Positions 33,401 to 45,027 of a stretch of 64,000 nucleotides of DNA are shown piece after piece. Under the pieces are notes generated by a model that worked only from the letters and a program-made list of their open reading frames with translations, was not told the DNA's origin and did no database searches. Origin of the DNA: Leucoraja ocellata (taxonomy: Eukaryota); assembly GCA_036785375.1 (NCBI GenBank), contig JAWMAR010000010.1, positions 9,424,001 through 9,488,000 on the forward strand, written 5' to 3'. Each line of letters starts with the position of its first letter. Position 1 is the first letter of the stretch. A program made the translations under genes and the position numbers.

Positions 33401-36078
33401 ATCGTACAGACAACCCTGGTCCTGCCACAGCTATTTTACCTTTGCAGGAGCGTCCTCCTATATTTGAAGTACTTCTTGGATGGTTGGCATTCCTTTTTCT
33501 GAGGGAGACTTATTCCTAGTATAATTTTTAGTCTGCCTCATCATGTGGGGCCCAACAATTTGGTGACTCCTAAAAGCTTTCTTAGCCGCATTGTCGGCAA
33601 GGCGATTTCCTATATCTCTGGGGTTTTAACCTATAGTATGGACTCTAACGTTGGCACCAGCATGCTGACCGGGTAACTGAATGGCCTGTAGCAAATTAGA
33701 AATCAATTTTTGTGAGATCACTGCCCCTGAAGAAGTTAGAACACCCCCTTCTTACATAATTGTCCATATCATGAACCACTCCAACAGCATATTGGGAGTC
33801 TGTAAATATTTGCAGTAAGTCCTTTTGCCAGGGTGCAGGCTCTAGTCAGCGCAAATAGTTTTGCTTGCTCACATATTCGTTTTTTTCTAACCTTTACCTG
33901 GGCTTCTCTGTCTCCAATAAGACAGTTTTCCAAAAGGCTTCCACAGCTCTTGACATGCGGGCCGGTGAAGACTCTGACCAATCCATATTATTGGTTTTAA
34001 TAGTCATTGCGATGCTGGAAGGCAAACAGTTCATAACCATAGGACAAAACTGTGGCGAGTCATTTCCTTCTTCATACTGAGTGTCACCCGATTGGTTACA
34101 GTAGATGGTTTTAAACCTTTCCAGAAAATCTTCTGCAGCTTCTCCTTCCTCTGGTTTTATTATCCACAACCTTTGATATATATCGAATCGCTGCTGGAGA
34201 GTGAGGCCCACGGTTGCCAACATAAGCTGTAATCGATCCTCAGTGTTACCTGCCCCTGGGTGCGCCGCCTCTAGGGCTGCATGGTTGTTATAGGTTAAAT
34301 GAACCAAGAATCTGGTATACTCAATCGCTGTTAAAACTTGCTGAACTAGTACCCATAATTCTCAGGAATCAGCGTAATAAACAGATATCATTGTTCTTCA
34401 AAATTCAATGAAAGTTTGTGGATTCTGTTTCTTAGGCATTCCCAACAAAATTGCCATCATCTCATTTGGCTTACACGGCAGCCATACATTATTCATGCCT
34501 GTTTCGCCATAATCTTGTTGGTTGGGTGGAGGAGGTATAAGGGCTCTGGGGTTAGGGACCGTTCTGACAGAATATTGGCGCCTGGAAGATGCTTTCTTAT
34601 TCCGTCTATTTCAGCACCTTCCCCTGTTGCTTCTGGGGTGTGGCTTTCTCAGCCAAGTGCTCCCTTTTATAGTCCCAACTGTGTGACCTCCTTTCCTCTT
34701 GTCCTTCTTGCTCCTGGTCTCTAGACTGTGACCATGCATGCCATGCTACAGAGTCTAAACTGGGGCTTCTCCCTTTTTTCTTTTGGTGCCTGGGCTTGGT
34801 GCACTATCGATTTCTGATCCTGTCCTAGGTAAATATGGTTAAATTCCTGTCGCCACTGACTGGGGCTCAGACTTTTCTGATTTTCCCATACCTCCCTTTC
34901 GTCTCCCTCTGCTAATTGAAGGCCAACCATTTAAACTGCGCAGTCCTTTTTTTTTAAACCTTTTTCCTTCTCTCTCTCTCTCCTCTAGTCCTTTTGTGTG
35001 CACACTCTCGTCTCAATACCTCAACATTAAATTTATATCTAATTCCTCCTCACGCCAATTTCGCCATAATTCAATCAATTTTCACTCTTTTTATTCACAT
35101 TTCTTTTCCATATTCATTCTTGGGCTTGTTTTTACCAGATCTGGATTTCTAGGACCCCCCCCCCCCAGAGGCCATTGTTTGTCACCTAATTTCTGATTTA
35201 ATGCCCCTGATAATTCTCGGAATTGCTGAGAACTTTCAGGATATTTGCCACATAAAATCTGCAATGGGCTGCTAGAACTCTTGGTGTTATCTAAGTGATT
35301 ACCCATCTTAATTCACTTATCACAATTAATATATTTATCACACTTATCAGTACTATATTCACAACCAATTTAATCTATACACAGTATTAATATTCTTATA
35401 ACAATATAATAATTACGTTAACGTTTTACTATTTCTTATTTAGCATCCATGGCTTTTCACTGGATCTGAATTCAATTGTTTTTAATTACTTCGCACCATT
35501 CCAAATGGTCGAGATTAATTTAGCACTGTCAGTGATTAGCCGACCCTGTTTCCAAATCTTTATAACTATCTCCTGCCATTCCAAATGGTCAGGATAAATT
35601 TAGCACTGTCAGTGTTTAGCTGACCCTGTTTCCAAATCTTTAACTATCTCCTGCCATTCCAAATGGTCAGGATAAATGTATCCAGTTCAGCCGTCATTTA
35701 CCTTTGATCATTCCTAATGACCAAGTTTCTCCATTCCTAATGGAGCATTCCCAATGACTAAGTCTCCCCATTCTTAATGGACGAGTCTGTTCAAAAGTCT
35801 ATCTTACCAGTCTCCCCATTCCTAATGGACGAGTCTGTTCACCTTTGATCATTCCTAATGACCAATCTTACCAATCAACATGGTTTGTTAGACTGACCTG
35901 ATTCTGTCTGGATCCCGTTCAACACAAGAACGAAGGGTCGACTACGCAGCGATATACGGAGAAGAGGAAAACAGAGTGGTGTTTAACTACTCACTTCTGC
36001 TTGGCCAATTCCTCTGGTCCAATCAGTGCGCAGTTTGACGCTTATTTTCGTTCCTCGTGTTGTCGGTGAACCGTCTGA

Positions 36079-36096
36079 ATCCCATCCTCGTCGCCA
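36079..36096 (-). promoter_or_regulatory. Retroviral primer-binding site for tRNA-Ser(GCU)
   Basis: TGGCGACGAGGATGGGAT(TC), 2 nt after the LTR end ..AACA; complementary to the vertebrate tRNA-Ser(GCU) 3' end ..GAATCCCATCCTCGTCGCCA. Confidence 0.85.
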
Positions 36097-36098
36097 AA

Positions 36099-37483
36099 TG
36101 TTAAAATGAGTTCTTTTTGCCAGTCTAATTCAAGAAAACTTGATTCAAACCATTGCTGCTAAAATCAATTCTTTATTCTGACAGCGCTGGATAATTCTTT
36201 AAACCTTCCAACACAGAGTTAGAAACTGGGGCAGGTTGAAAGAACTACTGACTTTGGCATTAATGTAACACATTATATAGGTAAAAGACAAGGATAGTAC
36301 AAAAGGAGTGGCAAACTATTAACCAATCATTATGGTTTACCATACATTTCTCTTATTTGCATTAACCAATCAACTAAATCCTTTCCATTGATTGACAACA
36401 CGTATAGTCACATGATTTTCCCTTTTCCAGCCCCTTTACAACCTTCATCCCCTCTGTGGTTTCTTCAACCTCTTTGCTCAAAATCATTTTATTTCATTAA
36501 AGTAAAACCACAGATATAAAACTAATTCTCACAGAATACTTTTCAGAATTTACACATAATATAGCAATCACACAACACATACATACAAAACATATTTTCA
36601 CTTTTGGAAAATAAAGTTATTTCTAAAACTTCCGATTTAAACAGTCTAATACTTACAATCGTAATTAAACACAATACACTTCACAATTAATTTCCTTACA
36701 ACCACTTAGTTAAAATACAGTTACTTATGGATTACAAAGATTAAAGATGAGTTTTACCCCATTCTTACAAAGTGGTAAAGACAAAGTTCTAATCACACTA
36801 TTCCCAACTACAGACACATAAATAATTGTCACTTGATTGCTTCTTCCCAAGCTCGGGTCTAATTTCATTTTGTATTACACCCTCCCCCTACTATCTCTGG
36901 AGAAAAGGAATGTAATGCTTCTTCACTAAAAGCATTCCGCACAACAAATGAAAGAGTTTCAAAACAGAGTTATTTTCTCAGTTTCTGGTAACCATAAGAA
37001 ATCCTTTTGCAAAGGTCACACAACCATCATCTATGCCTTATCTTTTATCCCAACATAAACACATCTAAACAGCACAAACCATCTCACAGACTAGTATCTA
37101 CCCTTGGTGCCTACAATCCAACATGGGCAACTATAAATTGCCTTAGATGACACAGCCAAACTCTGAGATGTGTCACAAAGGAAGAAGGATGGTGCCCATG
37201 TCATGGAGAAAGATCCCATTAACAACCTCTATTATAAACACCAACCTAAACCAACTACACCTTGTCACAGCATGATTATTGCTCCAAAGCAATAAAGAAA
37301 GATATGCCAATCCAGATCACCCTTTCCATGTTTATGACAAGCCATCTGTTCTCCTGTGTGTGTTCTTTGTTCTTTATTTCTTTGTGGAGGCATGTATTTC
37401 TGAAAGCTCCAACTCCAAACCCTTCTCTTGCAACTTAACACAAGTTCCTTAAGAACTTATCATTTGAACAATTTTATTATACA
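36099..37483 (-). mobile_element. Putative 5' LTR (~1.4 kb)
   Basis: TG..CA termini (TGTATAA at 37483, TTTAACA at 36099). On the minus strand: octamer 36355-36362, two CCAAT boxes (~36323, ~36366), TATATAA ~36273-36279 and AATAAA ~36172-36177, in U3-R order. The far end is uncertain. Confidence 0.65.
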
Positions 37484-37489
37484 TTTTCT

Positions 37490-38368
37490 CATCACTGCCT
37501 GCCATTGTGAAAAGGACCCGTTTACTTCTTCTCTTTGCTTCCTGTTTGCCAGCCAGTTCTCTATCCACATCAATACTGAACCCCCAATGCCGTGTACTTT
37601 AAGTTTGTATACTAATCTCTTATGTGGGACCTTGTCGCAAGCCTTCTGGAAGTCCAGATACACCACATCCACTGGTTTTCCCCTATCCACGCAACTACTT
37701 ACATCCTCGAAAAGTCTATAAGATTCGTCAGACATGATTTACCTTTCGTAAATCCATGCTGACTTTGTCCAATGATTTCACCACTTTCCAAATGTGCTGC
37801 TATCCCATCTTTAATAACTGACTCTAGCTGTTTCCCCACTACCGATGTTAGACTAACTGGTCTGTAATTCCCCGTTTTCTCTCTCCCTCCCTTCTTAAAA
37901 AGTGGGGTTACGTTTGCTACCCGCCAATCCTCAGGAACTACTCCAGAATCTAAAGAGTTTTGCAAGATTATTACTAATGCATCCAATATTTCTGGAACTA
38001 CTTCCTTAAGTACTCTGGGATGCAGCCTATCTGGCCCTGGGGATTTATCGGCCTTTAATCCATTCAATTTACAATTTACCCAACACCACTTCCCGGCTAA
38101 CCTGGATTTCACTCAATTCCTTTGACGCGGTCCCCTGCTATTTCCGGCAAATTATTTATGTCTTCCGTGAAGACGGAACCAAAGTAGTTATTCAATTGGT
38201 CCACCATATCCTTGTTCCCCATGATCAATTCACCTGTTTCTGACTGCAAGGGACCTACATTTGTTTTAACTAATCTCTTTCTTTTCACATATCTATAAAA
38301 ACTTTTGCAGTCAGTTTTTATGTTCCCTGCCAGTTTTCTTTCATAATCTATTTTACCTTTCCTAATTA
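37490..38368 (-). mobile_element. Internal fragment of young CR1 ORF2
   Basis: KADKSPGPDRLHPRVLKEV..QHGFTKGKSCLTNL, broken frames. Confidence 0.9.
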
Positions 38369-38369
38369 T

Positions 38370-39098
38370 GGGGGGGGGGGGGGTTTGTGGTCGGGGGGGG
38401 GAAGGTCCGGGAGGGGTGGGGGTTCGTGTTCTGGGTGCCGTGCTGCGCGGTCAGTGACTCTGGGTTTGGCGGCGGGACCAGACTGTCCCCAATAGTGCTG
38501 CTGCTGAAGGGGACGTTGCCGGGTGGTCGGTGGGGGACTGGTCAGGTGGGGTCGGGGTGATCGGCGGGGTGTCGGTCGGGGGAGGGGGGGGGGGTCGTGG
38601 TGCCAGTGCCGGTGTAGCGCGGTCAGTGACTATGGGTGAGCGGAGGGACCAGACTGTCCCCAACTCTGCTGCAGCTGACGGAGACGTCGCCGTGTTTTCG
38701 TCCCCGTGTCTCCGCTGCCCAGAGTCGCGGCCCATATCCACCCGGCCCCGTGTGTTGGGGGCGCTGCCGACCCACAGCCCGTGATATTGCGGCCGGACAG
38801 GGGGAGACGGGATGGAGGGCGGCCATTGCCGGACAGCGCTGACCCCGGGGGGAGAGTTGGGGGCTGTCCTGAGGGATGCGCTCCTCCGGCCGCTTAAATT
38901 GGTGCTCGGGTTCAGAGCAAAGATACCACAGCATTTGGTTCATAGCGCTCAGTCACCCTCTACAATTATGTACAGCGCAAAAAAATGATCATGTTGGCGG
39001 TTTTTAACAGGTAAGAAAGTTAACAGTGTATGCCATGTCCTCCAGAAGGACTGAGCTGCTCCGCTCTTTGACCCGATGACCTTACGTGCAACGCCGTA
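38370..39098 (+). mobile_element. Truncated DNA-transposon-like element (family of 591-1176) with a 76-bp internal direct repeat
   Basis: Shares GGCGGTTTTTAACAGGTA and GACCTTACGTGCAAC terminus with 1039-1176; repeats at 38445-38521 and 38617-38692. Confidence 0.55.
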
Positions 39099-39404
39099 TA
39101 CTGAGACACCTAGTATAATTGCTTCCCAGATGTATAACCAAAACATCAGTCAGGACCGTACACTAATCAGATTTTTAATCTAAATAACTATATATCACTT
39201 TGCATTATTTTCAGTTACATCACGATTACCGCGCCCGTTGCTCATGCAGGCACACTTCGGATGCTCCCCGTGACTTTGCCTGGGATCCCAACGCACTCTC
39301 AATTCGCTATCCCAGCGCTCAATCAGACCTGTCTCCGAATTCATGAATAAACATTGAACCACCTAGCATAATCAACATTATCTCAATTAGAGTGTTCCAG
39401 TCAT

Positions 39405-39895
39405 TGAGTTAACACAGCGCGGAAACAGGCCCTTCAGCCCAACTTTACCACACCGTCCACCATGCCCCATCTACACGAGCCCAACCTGTTTGCGTTGGGT
39501 CGATAACCTATCCTGTCGAATTGTTTCTTAAACGTTGCAAAAGTCCCTGCCTCAACTACCAAATCTTGCAGCTGTTTACATACACCTATCACCTTTTGTA
39601 CGAAAAGGTTACCCATCAGATTCACGTTAAACCTTTCCGCCTTCATCATAAACCTATGGCATCTGGCTCTCGATTCCCTATGTTGCGTCTACCCGATATA
39701 TTCATCTCACATGTCTATACACCTATACATGAGCACCTCTCATTCTTCTGCGCTCCAAGAAATTGAGATCCAGCCTGCTCGACCTATCCATGTAGCTCTG
39801 ATACTTGAGTCCTACCGAAATCCTCGTATACCTTCTCTGTACCCTTTCCAACTTAACAACATATTGCCTATAACATGGTGGCCAGAACTGAAGAC
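39405..39895 (-). mobile_element. Old CR1 3' fragment
   Basis: GNLFVQKVIGV..VVEAGTFATFKKQFDR. Confidence 0.7.
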
Positions 39896-40125
39896 ATTAC
39901 TCGGCCGCACATTTCGCTACAAGTTTGTATTTTTATCTGTGTCGGTTATTTTCTTTCCTTAAATGGCTGTTGTATGCACCTTTGTTGCCCCGCAGACGCT
40001 CTCTCTGTCTCTCTTTCACGTGACAATCTACCCCCCCCCCCCCCCCCCCCCACCCCCCACCCCCCACCCCCCATTCTTGGCACCCAACACATTGTGATTT
40101 CTACCTCTGTTTTTTTATTATACAG

Positions 40126-40242
40126 TCAGCAAGTTTACAAACGCCCTTGGTATTATCCAATTTTGCGGCATCTTGTGCGCGCCATGGAATGGGTTGATCC
40201 TCGACCGACACAAACGGAGAAACAAGCGGTTGGACACATCAG
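40126..40242 (+). CDS. SLC43A3: SLC43A3 (ENBT1)-like transporter, internal exon (4th from last)
   Basis: TACAG| .. |GTAACC, phase 1-1; VSKFTNALGIIQFCGILCAPWNGLILDRHKRR, matching the family motif TNAF..QF.G.LCAPWNGLLMDR. Confidence 0.88.
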
Positions 40243-40299
40243 GTAACCCGGGAGTTCTGAGTCGCTTCTACTCAATTGCAGATATTTCAGTCGCAGACA

Positions 40300-41375
40300 T
40301 AAGATAGACGAGGGCTAATTATGGATCTTCAACATGTATGTGGGACGTCGTGTCTCACAAATCTGTTATTTGAGGATTTGATCAAAAACCTCGATGCAGA
40401 GAGAGTTGTGCACATTGTATACATTGACTTCAATAAGGCATTCGACAAGATTCCGCATGGTCGGCTGCTCTGAAGGTTAGATCCCTTAGGACGCAAGCAG
40501 AGATACCCGAATGGACATAACATTGGCTTCAGGCAACGAAGCAGAGGGTGTTTGTGGAAGGTTGCTCTTGGCACTGGAGGGCTGTATTTAGTAGTCCAAA
40601 AATCTGAGGAATGCAGTGAAATGTGAGGTGTTGCATTTTAGGAGCGCTAACATGGTAGGACCAAAGATTATAGAAGAGGACCGACACAGTGAATTGCCCT
40701 TTATGTCATAGTACGTTGGGAGGTCGTGTTGCAGTTGGGCAAGACGTATTGGCAACATTGTGTTCAGTTTTGGGCACCATGTAATAGGAAAGATGTCAAA
40801 GCGGAAATGGTGCAAATAAGATTTGCGATGTTCACAGGACTCGAACGTCTGGTGTCTAGGGAGATTTTGAATAGGGTAGGACTCTGTTCCTTGGTGCGCC
40901 TGATGACCAGGGGTGATCTTCTAGAGGTGTACAAAATCATGAGAGGAATAGATTCGGTAGACACAAGATTTCTTGCCCAAAGGAGGGGAATCGGGGACCA
41001 GAGGCACAGATTTAAATTGAGGAATGACAGATTTAATAGGTACCTGAGTGGTAACTTTTTCACGCAAAACCTGGTGGGCGTATGGTACGAGGTAGTTGCA
41101 GGCACATGCTTTGCAAGTTGGTCAGTGCCTTTGGTGGGTGCTATTTGTATACAATGTATAAAATACAAATGTATACAATACAAGCAAATAATCGCACTCT
41201 GCTTCGTCACATATGACAATAAAGTATTCCTTCCTATCGCATCGTGTAATAAATATTTAGACAAGTACATAGATAGGACAGGTTTATAGAGATATGGGCC
41301 AAGCGTAGACCGGTGGAACGAGTGTAGAATGGACATGTTAGTCGATCTGGGCAAGTTGGGCCGAAGGGCCTGTTA
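40300..41375 (+). mobile_element. Old, degraded CR1 LINE
   Basis: DFNKAFDKIPH, HCVQFWAP, RGDLLEVYKIMRGID, GNFFTQ in broken frames. Confidence 0.8.
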
Positions 41376-41763
41376 CGACGCAGTGCTGAATCTGATACTT
41401 GGCATTCTGATGAGAAGTGGCGCTCTGTGCCGCCATATCCCCGCTTCCCCCTCACTACAGTGCCTGCACTGTTACAACAGTATTTTATCTCGCACCCTCA
41501 CTCAGCGCATGACTCACTCTTACATTTCCTCTCGCGGACTCTCAGGCCAAACGACGCATTGTCTAGCAGCTGATTATTAAACGGACTCTGTCACTTCGGG
41601 CATTTGTGAGCCTGTCATTTTACAACAATATTTTCTCTCCAACCCTCATTTACGCACAGTCTCCCCCTCTCTGTCCATTTTGTTCCAAGCCCTTCGTTCT
41701 CCAGCGGGGAAGTCAACCCTTCCCACCCTCAGGGATAAACTCTCTGGATCGGGTAGGATATAG

Positions 41764-42800
41764 TAGGTATGTTACAAAACCTACCTGAATCGTGTCTGAG
41801 TATCTGCCCCACCCCGTGTGTGTGATTTTGGCGCTGTTTAGAGGGGGCGGGTTTAAAACGCGATTTTTACTAGGCTGTTGCAATCGAAAATGTTCAGCCC
41901 AGTAAATCATTAACGGAAAATCGCTGGAAGACCCCGTCGCAAAAGGTATTATTAGTTTTTATGGCCTTGTATAATAGTCATAGTAGTTTAAAAATCACTC
42001 TCTCAACCCGCAACCTCTCGCAGCCCCAGGGTTTTATAAAGCAAACAATTAAAGGTATGTACCTTATTTTTACATTAAAAGGGGCTTCTTAAGAACCCTG
42101 TATATAAAGATTTCTATAGCGAATAGTTCATTTTGGGCTCTTTATATCCCGCAGTATTTTTCTGGGCATTTGAGGGCACAAATCCACTGCAATGTGAACG
42201 TTCTAAACCAGCGCGTTCACAGGAACCCACTAGAAAGCTGATTTAAATTGACTTTAATTTACAGCAATTGAACACTAAATTCCTTCCATTTGGCCTATAA
42301 ATTGATGTAAATGAGATTTAAAAATCATGTTTTATTGTGAATTATTTGTGAATATTATTTGGACACAGGCTATTTAAAAATGTTAATAATTTATTAAGAA
42401 ATTGATAGATGTTTAGATCTAGTAATTGAAGTTTGAAATTAGCTACAATTGGGTAACTAACTAATTATATGCTTTAATTTCAGGTCCTCCAAGTAAGATT
42501 ATTTTATATTTGTTTCAGAATGGTTCAATCTATGATAACTGAAAATTTCATTCAGTTCTCTTAATTTTTAAGAAGGTTATGGGCTTTTGACTGTCCACAA
42601 TCACAGCTTTTTTGTTATGTCCATAGAAAATCAATAGGGAACAAGATGCTAATTTCCGAGTATGAAAATGGACATAACTTTTTGAATACTTGAGATATGA
42701 AAGTGAATTAGGTGTCAAATTAAACTTATTGTTATGCTTTATCTGATGGGATAAATTGCAGACTTGATTTTTTAAATCTTAAAATTTTGTAACATTGCTA
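41764..42800 (+). mobile_element. Non-autonomous DNA transposon, 1037 bp (copy 2 of 3), intronic
   Basis: TAGGTATGTTACAAAA..TTTTGTAACATTGCTA; TSD GATATAG (41757-41763 / 42801-42807). Confidence 0.88.
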
Positions 42801-42857
42801 GATATAGTGATACTGATGGGGAGCGCGGATTGTTAATGACATTTCTCTTTTCCCCAG

Positions 42858-43050
42858 GCTCGGCTGTCTCTGAGAGACTGGCGGACATGCAATCGGCGGT
42901 GCTGTCTCTCGCCATTACCGTCACGTTCTCTGTTGCCTTCACGGTGTGCGCCGCCATCCCCGTGTTGGAGGTTCAGTACCTGACCTTCATCCTGCTAACG
43001 TTCAACCGTGCCTTCCTGTACGGCGGACTCCATGCATTCATCGTCATGAC
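42858..43050 (+). CDS. SLC43A3: SLC43A3-like exon (3rd from last)
   Basis: CCCCAG| .. |GTAAGT, phase 1-2; SAVLSLAITVTFSVAFTVCAAIPVLEVQYLTFILLTFNRAFLYGGLHAFIVMT. Confidence 0.9.
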
Positions 43051-43403
43051 GTAAGTGAACTCGTCACATGGGGGATGGACCAGGGTTTAGTTGCCAAAGC
43101 CCGAAGCATTAGATCTGGATTTTGGCGACATTTAAGATGCTGAATCCACCTTGAGTAGACGGTGAAATGAAACCGGCTGTGGGCTGGGCGGGGAATGGGC
43201 AATCCAGGTGGGGGAGAGAGTGTTCCCTGGGCTTTGGCCAATCAACGAATAATGGAGGTGATACTCGGAAGCAATCAATATGTGAGATTGGGACTAGGCT
43301 CCTCTGGATCATAAAGACCAGCCTGTATCAGTTACCTCCATTGGTCGGATGAAGCATTCGTGGGCATGACTCAATGCTTTGCATTAAACTTCTACTCTTG
43401 CAG

Positions 43404-43527
43404 GTTCCCTCTGTGTCACTTTGCGAAAACCTTGGGGATGTCGTTCGCTCTGGCAGCCGTGGTGTCTCTGCTCCAGTATCCCTGGCTTATCCTCGTCAAT
43501 GGACCCTTGCAGGGGAACCCTTTGTAC
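43404..43527 (+). CDS. SLC43A3: SLC43A3-like exon (penultimate)
   Basis: TTGCAG| .. |GTAAGT, phase 2-0; FPLCHFAKTLGMSFALAAVVSLLQYPWLILVNGPLQGNPLY. Confidence 0.9.
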
Positions 43528-44469
43528 GTAAGTATCAGATTGCTGAGGTTTCAGTGAAACCTGCGGAGACACTGGCGAAGGCTTGTACAAACAACAGGCA
43601 CAGCAGCAACAGTTATTGCTCGGTACTTTTAGGGTGGATGATAATGCTTGGAAGAGGAGTGTAGAGGAAATAACTGGGCAGGGTGCAGCGGGGCTACTGG
43701 AGGAGCGGTGCTTGCCCTTAAATGCAGACGCTTCCGGGGAGATGAGGCAGAGGTGACGAACAGAGTGAAAGATCAAAAGAAAATAGGGAGCAAATGAGGT
43801 GAAACGAGATGAGGATCGGTGGCCTAAACGCCACAGGCTCATGGCGGTTAGATGTAGAAACAGCGTCTTAATAAACCCCTTTCTCACGGGGCGACTTGAC
43901 GCATGAGTTAACCAGAGTTGATCTTCGTGGGAACCTCTTGCGATAACCGTACGGCATTCGTGGACCACCGTGGCGCTAACGGCAGATACTCGTGTAACTT
44001 GGTGACTCGGGAGAAAATTCAAACAAGCTTGAATTTCTCCAAGAGTGACTTGTATACTTGTGGTTGAACATTGCAACATTATATGCACGTAGTGGCCAGT
44101 GCGATATCCGTACTGACTCTTGCGTGTACCGTGGGAACTCCTGCGAACGGTGAACCCGGAAGGTGGACAGAGGGGACAGAAGGTGAGTAAAAATTGTCTT
44201 CTGTGGGATTGAATTTAAAAAATAAAGATTTGCATCCGCATATGGACATCAACTTATTCATGAGTTATGTTAATGAGATTCAAGAAAATAACTATAATCT
44301 TTAAAAGGGACTTTACTGAAAGGTCCCACATTTTTATGGTCCGTGAGAAATATTTCACATGTACTTCTTTGAGAGATACAGCTCGGAGACCTCGCCGACC
44401 AGCGAGCGATGCCTTTCCGAAGCAGGGTCCGGAACGCTACCAATCAATGTTCTCCAGAGACCCGTGTAA

Positions 44470-44790
44470 AGGAGTGAACTGCACATGCTGGTTTAAAATG
44501 AAGATAGACACAAAAAGCTGGAGTAACTCAGCGAGTCAAGCAGCATCTCTGGAGAAAAATAAGTGATGTTTCGGGACGAGACACATCTTCAGACTCAATT
44601 CCGATTAGGATGTCTGAAGAAGGGTTCCGATTCGAATCGCCACCTATTCTTTTTCTCCAGAGAAGCTGCCTGACCCGCTGACTTACTCCAGTTTTTTATG
44701 TTTTTCTTCCCAGATCTGACTTACCTGCTGAGTTACACCAACATTTTGTGTCCTTATGTGCGTATTAACCAGCATCTGCAGTTCCTTTAG
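44470..44790. mobile_element. Inverted pair of Penelope-type terminal repeats with degenerate hammerhead motifs
   Basis: ~120-bp inverted arms (GCTGGAGTAACTCAG..CAGCATCTCTGGAG..TCTTCAGAC / GTCTGAAGA..CTCCAGAG..TTACTCCAG). Related copies near 9425/10280, 27460-28090, 45600-46170, 54990-55050, 58320-58440 and 59075/60925. Confidence 0.6.
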
Positions 44791-44807
44791 ACATTACCTA
44801 ACTTCTG

Positions 44808-45027
44808 ATTTTAGAGATATAGCGCGGAAACAGGCCCTTCGGCCCACCGAGTCCGCGCCGACCACCTATTCTTATACACTCCAGGGACAATTTTACAATG
44901 TTACCGAAGCCGATTAACTTACAAACCTGTAATCTCTGGAGTGTGAGAGGAAACCGGTGCACCCATGGTCAGGATCGAACCCCGGTCTCTGGGGCTGTGA
45001 GGCAGCAACTCTACCACTGTGCCGCAC
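44808..45027 (-). mobile_element. tRNA-derived V-SINE (HE1-like)
   Basis: Minus strand: GGCACAGTGGTAGAG (box A), GGTTCGATCC (box B), V-domain-like core and CR1-derived tail GGGCCGAAGGGCCTGTTTCC. Fragments also at 57395-57575 and 61465-61650. Confidence 0.75.

Larger units (their letters stand above)
31215..37483 (-). mobile_element. Internally deleted class I (gamma/epsilon-like) endogenous retrovirus: 5'LTR-PBS-gag-(no pro/RT)-RNaseH-IN-env remnant
   Basis: gag starts MGNHLD (35306) with capsid-like ORF 33894-34307; RNase H ALTRAC..NIY..GNRLADNAAKKA (33560-33870); IN HFATHCG..CQQHN; IN C-terminus PHWDGPFQVILTTPTTAKVEGRAAWVHLHHCK (32200-32350); env-like 31215-31900; no 3'LTR seen. Confidence 0.85.

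Noticed and set aside
36077-36096. tRNA-Ser 3' end as a tRNA gene
   Set aside because: Only 20 nt including CCA, adjacent to an LTR end; it is a PBS.
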